DNA from: an uncultured cyanobacterium
GTDB taxonomy: Bacteria > Cyanobacteriota > Cyanobacteriia > Leptolyngbyales > Leptolyngbyaceae
NCBI GenBank assembly: GCA_963766075.1
Contig: CAVYAN010000048.1
Coordinates: 32,001 to 96,000 of the forward strand
Direction of reading: 5' to 3'
Length of the DNA: 64,000 bases
This document shows, one piece after another, positions 19,040-28,424 of the stretch. The first letter of the stretch is position 1. Each line of letters opens with the position of its first letter. Both the position numbers and the translations under genes were made by a program. The notes beneath the pieces were generated by a model that had not been told where the DNA came from, searched no databases, and saw nothing but the letters and a program-made list of their open reading frames with translations.

Positions 19040-20752
19040 TTAAGCCGCTGCCAGCCAATCATTATCCTCGAAATCAACTTCGGCAAAAGCGTACACCAGC
19101 GCATCGGCATAGTCAGGGCTTTCATCCATATCCTCTTTGGACTGAATCACAATTTGCCCCGTGGCATTGAATCGCCGCAGCGGCATACTGAGCTGTGAAA
19201 TCAGTTCGGGGCAGTTAGGGATGCTAATCAGCTCATCGTCAGGGTATTCAGCCAGCCCATTGACTTGCTCAAACGTTTTCTCAAATCGGCGGCGCACAGT
19301 CCACCACATCTCTGCCCGCAGGTTTTTGAACATCGTTTTGGAGGTCTGATCGTCAAACTCCTCCCACACGCGATCGGTGCAAGCAGCCCCGCCGCTAACG
19401 CCCTGCACTTCAAAGGCCACATCATCAATCCGCGCTAGTGTCCCCCCCACCCCAGCACCCACACCGATGGGGTCATAGTTCAAGCGCTTGATCCGATACT
19501 TCTTCCCTAGCTCGCACGCCTTGTAAGCTGTGTCGGAGGTGTTGCCCTCTGCCCAGGCATCCACAAACAGCACCACCGGCCCCTGCTTGGTGATGAACAC
19601 GTTTTTGTTCTTCCCGCCGTTGGCCACGTCCAGACCAGCGCGGCGCGGCCCGGTTGCAGGTAAAATCAGCTCGACGGCGGCGCGAACCCACTTGCCCGGA
19701 ATGGTCACACCTTCCACGCTGGCGGCATAGTCGATGTCGATTTCCTGGGCTAAGACCACCGGATCGAGCTGCTTGCGCTTCTTCTCATACCACGGGTAGA
19801 TAGCTCCTTTCGGCGCGATCGCGCCCTTACCTTCAGCTAGGACGGTGACGCCATCATCGTCATAGACAACCCAGGAATTCTTTCGCTCATCGTACTTCCA
19901 GTGGAAGCTGAACACCGGATATTGCCCACCGTGGCGCTTGCGGGCGAAGGTATTGCCGTTGCCATTGGGGGTAGAGACGTAGATTTTGCAGTCTGAGTTT
20001 TCCGAGATAGCCGCATCCACACGGTTGGCCCGCTGCACAAAGGCAAACTCATCTAGGAAGTAGAGCGTGGAGCGCCCGCCGCGCCCCATCTGGTCACCCG
20101 CTTCACCCGTGATGGAGCTGCCGTTATCCCGATTGATGAACCGCAGCTCATTGTCCGTGTGGTCGGGCACCAGCCACTTGGGCAAGTTGCGGAGGGTGAT
20201 GCGAATCTTCTCAAACAGGGAGTCAGGGTTACCCAACTCATCCACCAAGTTGGACTTACGCGAGCCAAACGTGATTTTGGAACCAGGCACAAATAGCCAT
20301 TGCCACACCGCAAAGCTGGTACAGAGGCAGCTCAAGCCCGTATCCCGAGACTTCTCTACCAATCCATCCTCAGCCTCTTCCCCCGACTCCCCCGACCCAT
20401 TCACCCGAGCCTGAAGCCAGCGAATGAACTCGCCTTGCAGCGGGAACATATCAAAGGGGATGGTGCTGGGTTTACGGCGTGGATCGTAGGTCCAGCACCA
20501 GTTGTTGATGAAATAGCTGGGGTCGTTGGCGCACTGCTCGCGGATGGATGCTTGCAGGATTGGGTCATCCTCGGCGCTGTCTAGCAACGCGATGCGCCGT
20601 AGGACTGAATCGGTTGCAGGCAGAGAAGGCTTGGCCGTGACCTCTGATAATGTTTGGGCGATGCCTGCCGGATACTTAGAATATTCAGGGCGATCGCTAA
20701 CCTGCTGGATGTGGCGCTCTAGCTTTCGGGCGAAGTCAGCAATGCTGGCCAT
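19040..20752 (-). CDS. terL: Terminase large subunit
   Basis: WCWTYDPR, VEKSRDTGLS (Walker A), YFLDEFAF (Walker B), YVSTPNG, GLDVA (RNase H-like Asp), SPDYADAL. Confidence 0.92.
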   Translation of the reverse strand: MASIADFARKLERHIQQVSDRPEYSKYPAGIAQTLSEVTAKPSLPATDSVLRRIALLDSAEDDPILQASIREQCANDPSYFINNWCWTYDPRRKPSTIPFDMFPLQGEFIRWLQARVNGSGESGEEAEDGLVEKSRDTGLSCLCTSFAVWQWLFVPGSKITFGSRKSNLVDELGNPDSLFEKIRITLRNLPKWLVPDHTDNELRFINRDNGSSITGEAGDQMGRGGRSTLYFLDEFAFVQRANRVDAAISENSDCKIYVSTPNGNGNTFARKRHGGQYPVFSFHWKYDERKNSWVVYDDDGVTVLAEGKGAIAPKGAIYPWYEKKRKQLDPVVLAQEIDIDYAASVEGVTIPGKWVRAAVELILPATGPRRAGLDVANGGKNKNVFITKQGPVVLFVDAWAEGNTSDTAYKACELGKKYRIKRLNYDPIGVGAGVGGTLARIDDVAFEVQGVSGGAACTDRVWEEFDDQTSKTMFKNLRAEMWWTVRRRFEKTFEQVNGLAEYPDDELISIPNCPELISQLSMPLRRFNATGQIVIQSKEDMDESPDYADALVYAFAEVDFEDNDWLAAA

Positions 20753-21018
20753 CGGTTTGAGTAATTAAAAAAAATGGCGGACCAGCTTAATCCGCCATTC
20801 ATGGACATCTGCGTATCGCTAGCTTTCCCAAAAAAAAGGCAAAGCCTCAGACTTTGCCTTTTGGAGAATATCAGTCGTGGTTGCAGCGCGTGACTTCTGC
20901 ACTTCCCATTGTTGCGACTTAGCCCACTTCGACAACCGTATTCCTGCTGACCTCGCAGCTCATGTCGGTGTAAGCCGGAAATTTTCGGTATACTTTTGGA
21001 ACAAATCTGGAGAACCTA

Positions 21019-22008
21019 ATGAAAAACGCAATCTTGTTTCATGGACGCAAAACGTTTGACGGTCGCATGGTTCACTGCCCAGACGGCATCGCTGCCGCGT
21101 GGGTTGTTCATAAATGGCTGAAATCGCAGGGGGAAGAAATTGTTTGGGTCAAGCCGTTTGACCATGGCGATCGCAATCAGGGCTTTGTGCCCAATATTGA
21201 CGGCGTAGAGCGCCTGTTTGTTGTGGATTTTGTACTCACAAGAGCCACGCTAGACCTATGGGAAAGGGCGGGCGTGAAGATTGAGGTGGTTGATCATCAT
21301 GAAAACAATCTTGCAATTTTAGGACTGCAAATATCTGATGTCATTGAATTGGTGACAGGCAACCTGACCATTGAATATAGCGCTGTAGAGTGCGGGGCCA
21401 CGCTGGCCTGGAAGCGATATTTCCCCGAGAGTGAGCCGCCCGCATTCCTCGCCTATGTCCGCGATCACGATATTTGGAAGAAAAAGCTTGTGTTCACGGA
21501 TGAAATCTACGAGGTCATCGCACACAAGCGGTATCTTGCTACGAAAGACCTGAAGGAAGGGAAAGAAGAGGCCGTTTTTTCCTACTTTGACGAACTTGCT
21601 GAATGGGATATGGACAAGATAAAACTCCTGATGCCTCTGGAAGGGGCTCGCCTGCTTCAGATTAAGCAGGAGAAGACCGAGATGGCGGTTGCTAGGTCTA
21701 CGCCGTGCGCCTACGGGCCTGCGACAATGGAGGATGGTTCAATCGCCGAATCTGTACCTGGACGGCTTGTAGCGCTGAATCCTGACGGCAGCGAGGATCG
21801 CCTCGTCAGTGACATTGGACATCTCCTGTTGCAAAAATACCCAGATATAAAGTTTGCGGCGATGAACACAGCAGGAGGCCGATGGGAGCTGCGGTCTGAA
21901 AGAGGTGGAGGGTTCAAATGCGTGGAAATTGCTTTAGCCTACGGCGGTGGTGGGCATCCTCACGCTTGCGGTTGCCAACAGGAAATCCAGTGGCTTGATG
22001 CGGATTAA
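21019..22008 (+). CDS. DHH/DHHA1-family phosphoesterase
   Basis: HCPDGIAAAW, VVDF, VVDHH, D-x-DIW and GGGGHPHACG motifs. Confidence 0.88.
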   Translation: MKNAILFHGRKTFDGRMVHCPDGIAAAWVVHKWLKSQGEEIVWVKPFDHGDRNQGFVPNIDGVERLFVVDFVLTRATLDLWERAGVKIEVVDHHENNLAILGLQISDVIELVTGNLTIEYSAVECGATLAWKRYFPESEPPAFLAYVRDHDIWKKKLVFTDEIYEVIAHKRYLATKDLKEGKEEAVFSYFDELAEWDMDKIKLLMPLEGARLLQIKQEKTEMAVARSTPCAYGPATMEDGSIAESVPGRLVALNPDGSEDRLVSDIGHLLLQKYPDIKFAAMNTAGGRWELRSERGGGFKCVEIALAYGGGGHPHACGCQQEIQWLDAD

Positions 22009-22022
22009 TTCCTTAATTCAGT

Positions 22023-22044
22023 TTGATTAGCGTACAAAAATCAA
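22023..22044. promoter_or_regulatory. Copy of the 22-bp palindrome (TTGATTAGCGTACAAAAATCAA)
   Basis: Matches the TTGATT-N3-GTACA-N2-AATCAA consensus. Confidence 0.55.
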
Positions 22045-22700
22045 CGAATGAATGGATTCCGAAAATTTCGTATAGCAGGCTGACCCTGCTTAAAATCGCC
22101 ACACAGTGTGGGCGTTTCTGGGCCACTGGGCCTAACTGCGCACATGATTGGAGTTGTGGACCCACTTCTATCTAGATTCCGATATTGGCACTCTAGACAA
22201 ACCGGAGGCGGAACGGAAGCGCTTGAAAAGGGCGATCGCCGCATAGAATTCCAGTGCGGCGATCGCCAAAAACCCAACGAGTGCAGATTTTTAAGAAGGC
22301 TTGCGATTTGCAGTGTTGCCCCGATGGCAGCGCGATCGCGATCGTAATCCCCCCACACTGAAATGCCCTCTAGGATTGGGATAATTCCCATCGCCAGGAA
22401 ATGAAGTGGTAGCAATTCTGGCCCGCCGAATTCAAGCGTCTGAACCGAAAGCAAGTAACTCAGGCCGGTTGAATTCAACCGATGACAAAACTGAACCATC
22501 AGACGGTCAGGGAGTACAGACATCCGGCTGCTGATCAGCACGTTGTAAAAAGGCGCGTTAAAGTCCAGTGTAAGCGGCTTGGAGAAATCAAGCATGTCTG
22601 GCACATCTTCGGGCGGATTTAGAATAATCGCCTCAATTTCTGTGGTCAGGTATTCTCTGAGCTGGATTCTTAAGGTCATTTTTACTCCAGATCGGGGCAT
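22041..22700 (-). CDS. Hypothetical protein with C-terminal Cys motif (CxxC...CAVRPSGP...C)
   Basis: Shares the Cys motif with the neighbouring ORF; resembles cyanobacterial DUF6464-like C-termini. Confidence 0.55.
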   Translation of the reverse strand: MPRSGVKMTLRIQLREYLTTEIEAIILNPPEDVPDMLDFSKPLTLDFNAPFYNVLISSRMSVLPDRLMVQFCHRLNSTGLSYLLSVQTLEFGGPELLPLHFLAMGIIPILEGISVWGDYDRDRAAIGATLQIASLLKNLHSLGFWRSPHWNSMRRSPFSSASVPPPVCLECQYRNLDRSGSTTPIMCAVRPSGPETPTLCGDFKQGQPAIRNFRNPFIR

Positions 22701-23476
22701 GGCCCGGATTCGTAGCCGTAGGGGTGCATCGCGCAGACCAGAAGCTCATCCCCATATCTTCGCCCGTGAAAGTTTTTGCAGCCCCTGCATTGTTTGAGTG
22801 TAGATTGCTCGGCAGGCTGCTGCTCAAACTGTATAGGCTCATCCTGAAGTATTCGCAAGTCCATGCGTCGGAGTTGGCGAGCAATGTCCTGGTAAACCTC
22901 CCGCATCCTGGCTGTGTCTATGTTGATTCGGGGCACGATGTCGGGCATTTCATATCGCCGTATTCTCCCCTCTCCCAAATCTTCCCAAGGTGCTGACGGA
23001 TTGGCGCGGCCCTCCGCCCTAACACCCCGTAAAGCCTGTCCCCGTAGGGCTATGTGATCCGCCCTAGGCTGTTCAAAAACCTGATCGATTTGAAACGTTA
23101 TGACGGCAGCGGTTCGCAGTGCATTCAAGGCTTCTTGGGCTGATTCTGGTGCTGATGCAATAGCGTCTTGCAGCGCATCCAAGGCTTCTTGCGTCGGAGC
23201 CGAAACAAACACAGCGGAAGGGTCGATCCCACTTAGGGCTTCCTGAATGTCGCGTGCAAGCTGTCTTTGCATCGAAATGCGATCGCGATACCTTGTTATG
23301 GGATGTTGCGGGGGAAGGACGGGGAACAGTGTCGAGAAATTTGGCAGACGGTCTTTAAGACCGCTCGCAGCTTCGATGACGTGGTTTATGGCCTGCGCCA
23401 CAGAAGAGATGGCGCAGACGGGTTGGGGCTCGCTGGGGCTTGTGGGTTCTTCAATGGGCGTGAGTTCTTCGGTCAT
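22682..23476 (-). CDS. Hypothetical protein with C-terminal Cys motif (CxxC...CAMHPYG...C)
   Basis: Likely start MTEELTP at 23476, overlapping the terS stop. Confidence 0.55.
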   Translation of the reverse strand: MTEELTPIEEPTSPSEPQPVCAISSVAQAINHVIEAASGLKDRLPNFSTLFPVLPPQHPITRYRDRISMQRQLARDIQEALSGIDPSAVFVSAPTQEALDALQDAIASAPESAQEALNALRTAAVITFQIDQVFEQPRADHIALRGQALRGVRAEGRANPSAPWEDLGEGRIRRYEMPDIVPRINIDTARMREVYQDIARQLRRMDLRILQDEPIQFEQQPAEQSTLKQCRGCKNFHGRRYGDELLVCAMHPYGYESGPCPDLE

Positions 23477-24246
23477 GATTCTTCCAGCTCCAACGGTTTT
23501 AACAAGTGGTTGGCGAAGATGGCTTGAACATTTCCCTTGACCGGGCTGACAGCTCCGTAAATTGCTGCGACCATATCGTCGGGTAACCATCCGGCATTGA
23601 ACAATAATTTTACCGCTTCCATCTCATCGATCTGCGGAACATCCAGCCCCCGAATCCGCCGAATTTGATCGATAGCAGCACCGTTGGCGGTGAGCAAGCT
23701 TTGGAGCGCTCGCGGGTCTGGCAGTCGCCCTGTGTCCAGGTTCGGATCAAACTGGGTGTCGAGGTACTCACCGATCACTTCCAGCGCTTTGCGGGCGTTG
23801 TACAACCCGCTCTCCATGTCGGCAATATCCTGGCTTACGGCTTCGTCAATGGCCTGGTCGATGCGTGCCTTGAGGCCAGTACGCGATCGGGGTACGCGAT
23901 CGCTCCGATCCCCCCGATCGCGTACTTCCTCAGCCTGCGCAATCTCGCCCGATCCCCGCCCTGCAACGCTTCCCCCTGCGGACAGCGATCGCGTATTTTT
24001 CTGCGGCGATCGCGCATTTTGGCCGCGATCGGCCTTAGAGCTACTTTGAGGTACCACTTCAGCGCCACTGAAATGGGCGTTAACCCGCCCCCGCTTCACC
24101 GCCGCTGCATCGCGTGACCAGTTGAGCTGCGTGGCCTTCTTGCGGATGCTGCCCTCGCTAATGCCATGCATCTTAGCCAGCGCTCTGTTTGAGGCTGTGT
24201 TGGCACGATACGCTACCTCAATACTGTTCCAATCGACATCCTTCAC
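23473..24246 (-). CDS. terS: Terminase small subunit-like protein
   Basis: N-terminal DW-x2-IE-x2-YRA-x3-S-x-RALA-x2-HGISEGSIRKKA-x3-NW-x-R HTH typical of TerS; upstream of terL on the same strand. Confidence 0.7.
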   Translation of the reverse strand: MKDVDWNSIEVAYRANTASNRALAKMHGISEGSIRKKATQLNWSRDAAAVKRGRVNAHFSGAEVVPQSSSKADRGQNARSPQKNTRSLSAGGSVAGRGSGEIAQAEEVRDRGDRSDRVPRSRTGLKARIDQAIDEAVSQDIADMESGLYNARKALEVIGEYLDTQFDPNLDTGRLPDPRALQSLLTANGAAIDQIRRIRGLDVPQIDEMEAVKLLFNAGWLPDDMVAAIYGAVSPVKGNVQAIFANHLLKPLELEES

Positions 24247-24269
24247 GGCTCATCCCCTAGCAACTGAGC

Positions 24270-24485
24270 CTAGAGTTCCCCACGTCGCCGCCGCCAGCGA
24301 TTCAGGAGGGCGCTGGCGGCGGCTTCTTTGCTCAGGATGTTGTGGGCCTGCAAGGGGGACTCGCCCACAAGCGCAATCCAAAATTCAGGGACAAACACCT
24401 TGGGCTGAATGACAATGCCCACTGGAGCATCCTCCCAGTAGAGCCGCCATCCGCTCTCAGTCCGCCGAAGGTCAAAGCTGCGCAT
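24270..24485 (-). CDS. Hypothetical protein
   Basis: 71-aa ORF between HNH and terS. Confidence 0.45.
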   Translation of the reverse strand: MRSFDLRRTESGWRLYWEDAPVGIVIQPKVFVPEFWIALVGESPLQAHNILSKEAAASALLNRWRRRRGEL

Positions 24486-24488
24486 AGG

Positions 24489-25100
24489 TCAGAGAAAGGA
24501 AAGCTGGATAGGGGATTGAACTTCGGGCACTCTCTTTCTAATTCTCCCTGCGGAAGCTTGCGGGGGCAACTCAAAGCGCGGAATGCGCTTGAAGACGGGT
24601 TCAATGAACATCTCTGGGCTTGGATTATCCCCCGTGGGCACACAGGCAAGCTGTCCGAGCCTTTCCCTGCGGGAATACAGCCTGGAGGCGCGAATCAGTC
24701 CTCGGATGCGATTGTCCAGGCGCAAGTGACAGACAACGCAGAGCGCTCGCAGGTTGTCGTCATCGTTCCGGCCAGGATTTTGGTCAAGGTGGGCTACGGT
24801 GAGCACGTAGCGCGTGGGCGATTCGAGCAAGTCCCAGTAGTTTGGGTGCAAAAGTTGCTGGCTCTTCACGCGGGCAAAAAATGCCTCGTCTGACTCATTG
24901 ATGGGCGGCAGTGGCTTCCGTGCTCGCCCATGGCTCAGGCGCGTGACAAAATCAACAAGCGACTCATTTGCCGCTCTGCACGGGCGTTTGCAGTGTTCGC
25001 AGACCCACCCTTTTTGACTTTTTAGGGTTTTGGATATTTTGTTCCAGTCAGGTGGATACAAAGCTTTTTGAATTGGCATATCCCCTCTTTTGCTTGCCAC
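24489..25100 (-). CDS. HNH endonuclease-like protein
   Basis: YPPDW, CEHC, LTVAHLDQNP-x2-N-x3-NLRALCVVCHL. Confidence 0.85.
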   Translation of the reverse strand: MASKRGDMPIQKALYPPDWNKISKTLKSQKGWVCEHCKRPCRAANESLVDFVTRLSHGRARKPLPPINESDEAFFARVKSQQLLHPNYWDLLESPTRYVLTVAHLDQNPGRNDDDNLRALCVVCHLRLDNRIRGLIRASRLYSRRERLGQLACVPTGDNPSPEMFIEPVFKRIPRFELPPQASAGRIRKRVPEVQSPIQLSFL

Positions 25101-25153
25101 AGCGCCATTTCATGATTTTTATTGTACAATTTCTCGGGAAATGTTGTTAGCTC

Positions 25154-25459
25154 ATGGAGAACACCAAAATGAATAAGGGTGAATTGGTTGACGCCATTGC
25201 GGAAAAAACTGGCTGGTCAAAAAAAGATACGGAAACGTTTGTGACAGCTTTCACGGAAGTTGTCACCGAAGCCCTGGCAAGTGCGACCAAGGTAACCTTG
25301 GTCGGGTTTGGGACATTTGAACCCAGACTTGCGAAGGCGCGGACAGCGAGAAACCCCCAGACGGGGGCTGAAATCACCGTACCAGCAAGCTATCGGGCGG
25401 TTTTTTCCGCAGGCAAGGTGTTGAAGGATAAGGTTCGGGAGCTGCTCGTCGCCGCGTAG
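25154..25459 (+). CDS. hup: Histone-like DNA-binding protein HU
   Basis: MNKGELVDAIA, VTLVGFGTFE, ARTARNPQTG, FSAGK-x-LKD. Confidence 0.95.
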   Translation: MENTKMNKGELVDAIAEKTGWSKKDTETFVTAFTEVVTEALASATKVTLVGFGTFEPRLAKARTARNPQTGAEITVPASYRAVFSAGKVLKDKVRELLVAA

Positions 25460-25606
25460 CGATCGCAGCGATCGCCGCCCAGGTCCATCATCAACCGACC
25501 ATGGATGGATGGGTGAGCGTGCCCCCTTAGATTCCCTTTGGAGGGGTGCTGCGGCCTTGCTGTGGTGCCCCTCCCTCGTTTTTTGCACAATCCCCTGGAG
25601 AGTTGA

Positions 25607-26038
25607 ATGACCGAACCCAATCCGCACGATCGCTGGCCAGGACCGGCGCTAGTTCAAGCGTTAATCGCCTTGCAGCCTGACTTACACGGTTTCATTGAGG
25701 CACCCAGAGCCGACATCAGCCCCGCCTACCTGGTGGCAGACTTGGTTCACGAAGTGTTGGGCATGACCTCATCGGTGAAGATTTGCGAATACTTGACGAG
25801 GCGAATCAAGTCCGAGGCTGCCGTTGCCGAGGCGTTGATGAGCAAAATCCCGGCCAATGACGCGATCGTAGACTGTGAGCTGATCCACTTTCGGATTATT
25901 GACGGCGTAAAATTCATCACACTGACCGGAATTATTTCCGCGATCGGCAGGGCTTTGGGGGATCCAATCATTTCATGCTATGACGGAACCGGCCAGCGAA
26001 TTATCCGCTTTCAAGCCCTGTCCCAGGTAGACACTTAA
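25607..26038 (+). CDS. Hypothetical protein
   Basis: RBS GGAG; 143 aa. Confidence 0.5.
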   Translation: MTEPNPHDRWPGPALVQALIALQPDLHGFIEAPRADISPAYLVADLVHEVLGMTSSVKICEYLTRRIKSEAAVAEALMSKIPANDAIVDCELIHFRIIDGVKFITLTGIISAIGRALGDPIISCYDGTGQRIIRFQALSQVDT

Positions 26039-26042
26039 GCCC

Positions 26043-26372
26043 ATGGAAATCATTTTTTCAAGTGAGTCCCCTGACTTGGTTGTCTCCAGCCAGGGTCAGG
26101 AAATCTTAGTCAAGGTTACTAAGCGGGGTCGGGACTGGGCTCGCAAAGACGGACAGCCCCAAGGCTCGGCGCGATGCCATGGGTCGAAAGTTCACTTGAT
26201 GAATGCCGTGGTTAGCGTCGGCCTGATCGACAAAAAGTCGGGATGGAGCCCAGCGCTTTGCGGGGAGCAGCCGCAGGGCGACGGCGGATGGGGGCTGCGA
26301 TCGGACAAGACTATTGTGACGTGCAGGAAATGCCTGCGGCTTGACCTAACCGGGGGAAAAAGATTTGAATAG
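26043..26372 (+). CDS. Hypothetical protein with H/C zinc-finger-like motif
   Basis: KVH...ALCG...VTCRKC. Confidence 0.55.
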   Translation: MEIIFSSESPDLVVSSQGQEILVKVTKRGRDWARKDGQPQGSARCHGSKVHLMNAVVSVGLIDKKSGWSPALCGEQPQGDGGWGLRSDKTIVTCRKCLRLDLTGGKRFE

Positions 26373-26673
26373 CGCCTCCATACGATTCATCAAAAACAAC
26401 TGGAGGCTGCTACTGCATCCGAGCGCCAAAGATTTTGCGCCGCTCTTTGAGAGATCGGTGTTCAATTCTGTGATGTTGATAGTGGACGCTCTCAGTAAGG
26501 ATGACTGGTTGACGATCGGAGAGTTGTCAGAGGACACGGGCCTAGGGCCAGACAGCATTAGTCAGGTCACGTCAGCGCTGCCAGAACTGTTTGAAAAATT
26601 CCCATGCCCCGAGGAGAAGCGCGGGCGCGAGGTTGCGATCAGGCTTAGGGTTGCGATTCCAGCGCTGCGGTGA
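26365..26673 (+). CDS. Putative winged-HTH protein
   Basis: LTIGELSEDTGLGPDSISQV. Confidence 0.45.
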   Translation: MNSASIRFIKNNWRLLLHPSAKDFAPLFERSVFNSVMLIVDALSKDDWLTIGELSEDTGLGPDSISQVTSALPELFEKFPCPEEKRGREVAIRLRVAIPALR

Positions 26674-27781
26674 CGCCCGTTTCGGAACTTTCTCTAGAGG
26701 GTGAGTGGGTGCGATCGCGGCTCGGAATACGAAACCTGGGCTCTGGCAATTTTTGAACGGCGGCCAGCTTGACTTCATCCGCCCGCTTGTCGTATCGCAT
26801 GGTGGTGGCTGGGTTGGAGTGCCTCATCAGCCGCTGGATGGTTGGCGTATCTACACCGGCGCGATACAAATTTGTGGCAAAAGTTCGCCGCAGATCGTGA
26901 GGACTGAAGGGTGCGATCGCTACTTTGCCCGCCGCCGCGTTTGCTTCGGCAGCTCTCTGTTGCAGGATGGCGTAGACCGACTGGGGAGTTAGCCGCCGAA
27001 ATTCGATATGCCCACCTTTGCGGAAGGGGAGAAGGAAAGGCCCGGATGAATTGCCTCGCAGTTTAACCCAGGATTTAGCGCACTCCAGAGCCGAGCCTTG
27101 GACATAGGAGTTCCCTGATTTTCCTCCCTTTCCGTAACGAACGGCAATCTCTCCCGTTTCAAAATTAATGTCCTCTAAATCCACGCTCACCACTTCTTCC
27201 CGGCGAAGCCCAGCGTGGAGTAAAGCCAGCATGGCCAAATCGCGATCGCCCATGGCTGACAAATCGGCAGCGCAGGTTTGCCACAGTATGGTCATCTCGC
27301 GATCGCTGAGTGCTCGGCCAGAATCGGGCGAACTTCCTTTGATCGGCTTCAGGTCGATCGCCCGCTCATACTCATCGGCGGACATGAGCCGAAGTTTCCA
27401 ACACTCTTTCAAAACGCCGCGCAGATGGGCCAACATTTGATTCGCCGTCGAGGGGCTGTAACCCAAGGTGCGATCGCGCCGTTTCTCCTCAACTTTTTCA
27501 GACAGCAGCGCCCGCAGCACCGAGGTGTGTGCGTACCGCAGTTGCGCCCACGGGAACGTCGCAGGTGTGTAATTGTGTTGCCCCAACAGTTTGAGGATGG
27601 ATGTGAGTGAGTTGAGGGCAACCCGCTGGGAGGAATGTCCCAGGTTGGCGATGTAGGACAGGGCGGGCTGCGTACCCGCCGCCGAACCACCCTCTAGAGA
27701 AAGTTCACCGGGGGCGTCAAAGACGGGCTGGGCTTGGACGGTGATTGTAATGGCGTCGGCGTCGGCGGAAGATTTTGGCAT
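26645..27781 (-). CDS. Tyrosine recombinase (integrase/resolvase)
   Basis: GLRREE, GKGGK, HDLRRT and MRHSNPATTMRY give the full R-K-H-R-H-Y catalytic set. Confidence 0.93.
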   Translation of the reverse strand: MPKSSADADAITITVQAQPVFDAPGELSLEGGSAAGTQPALSYIANLGHSSQRVALNSLTSILKLLGQHNYTPATFPWAQLRYAHTSVLRALLSEKVEEKRRDRTLGYSPSTANQMLAHLRGVLKECWKLRLMSADEYERAIDLKPIKGSSPDSGRALSDREMTILWQTCAADLSAMGDRDLAMLALLHAGLRREEVVSVDLEDINFETGEIAVRYGKGGKSGNSYVQGSALECAKSWVKLRGNSSGPFLLPFRKGGHIEFRRLTPQSVYAILQQRAAEANAAAGKVAIAPFSPHDLRRTFATNLYRAGVDTPTIQRLMRHSNPATTMRYDKRADEVKLAAVQKLPEPRFRIPSRDRTHSPSRESSETGVTAALESQP

Positions 27782-28094
27782 GGATTTTTCTGGAAATGGG
27801 CGGTACGCACTAAATAGCTTTTGAAAATCATCATTTTCATAAGCTATTCGCGCATGTGTGAATTTGCAAGCGGGTGGGACCGTTTTGTTCTGCCAACAGT
27901 GCCCAAAAAGTTGCGCGTGCGATCGCCTGAGCTGATTTGAAAAGGACGTGCTATAAACTAATTGAGTTTCGAGGCTTCCGAACTCTCAGCACATGGGCGA
28001 AAGTTGTACCCCCACGCCGGGACTGGCTAGCTCCCGGTTTTTTCTTATTCAGCCGTTCGGTATATACTTGAAGTATTCATTATAAAGCCGACCA

Positions 28095-28424
28095 ATGAGT
28101 AATGCATACGGGTTAGCAATGCGCCTGATTCGGGTGCGCTTTAACCTATCTCAAGCTGAATTCGCTGAAAAAACAGGACTTCCGGGGAAAACAATTCCCG
28201 ACTTAGAGTGTGGGAACACGCCGCTCTCTCTTGAGCGATTAGATGCGATCGCAAAAATGTTGGGCATCGGCTCACCCAATCTTCTGGCATTCATCAAGGC
28301 GCTGGAAGAAACAGACTTTTTGATTCCTCCTCTGGTTTCAGAGTCCAAAAAAATGCCGTCTGTCAGCGCAAAGCGGATCCCGCGAATTGAAAAGATTAGG
28401 GATCGGAGCAGGAGGGCGAAGTGA
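28095..28424 (+). CDS. XRE-family HTH transcriptional regulator
   Basis: IR-x4-LSQAEFAEKTGL-x5-I-x2-LE-x-G pattern. Confidence 0.85.
   Translation: MSNAYGLAMRLIRVRFNLSQAEFAEKTGLPGKTIPDLECGNTPLSLERLDAIAKMLGIGSPNLLAFIKALEETDFLIPPLVSESKKMPSVSAKRIPRIEKIRDRSRRAK

Noticed and set aside
24489..25100. HNH nuclease as the missing Cascade effector
   Set aside because: It is 24 kb away, upstream of terS, which is the usual position for packaging-associated HNH proteins, and it is not fused to Cas5 or Cas8.
26645..28090. Prophage boundary/att site next to the recombinase
   Set aside because: No tRNA, host housekeeping genes or identifiable att duplication; element-like genes continue on both sides.
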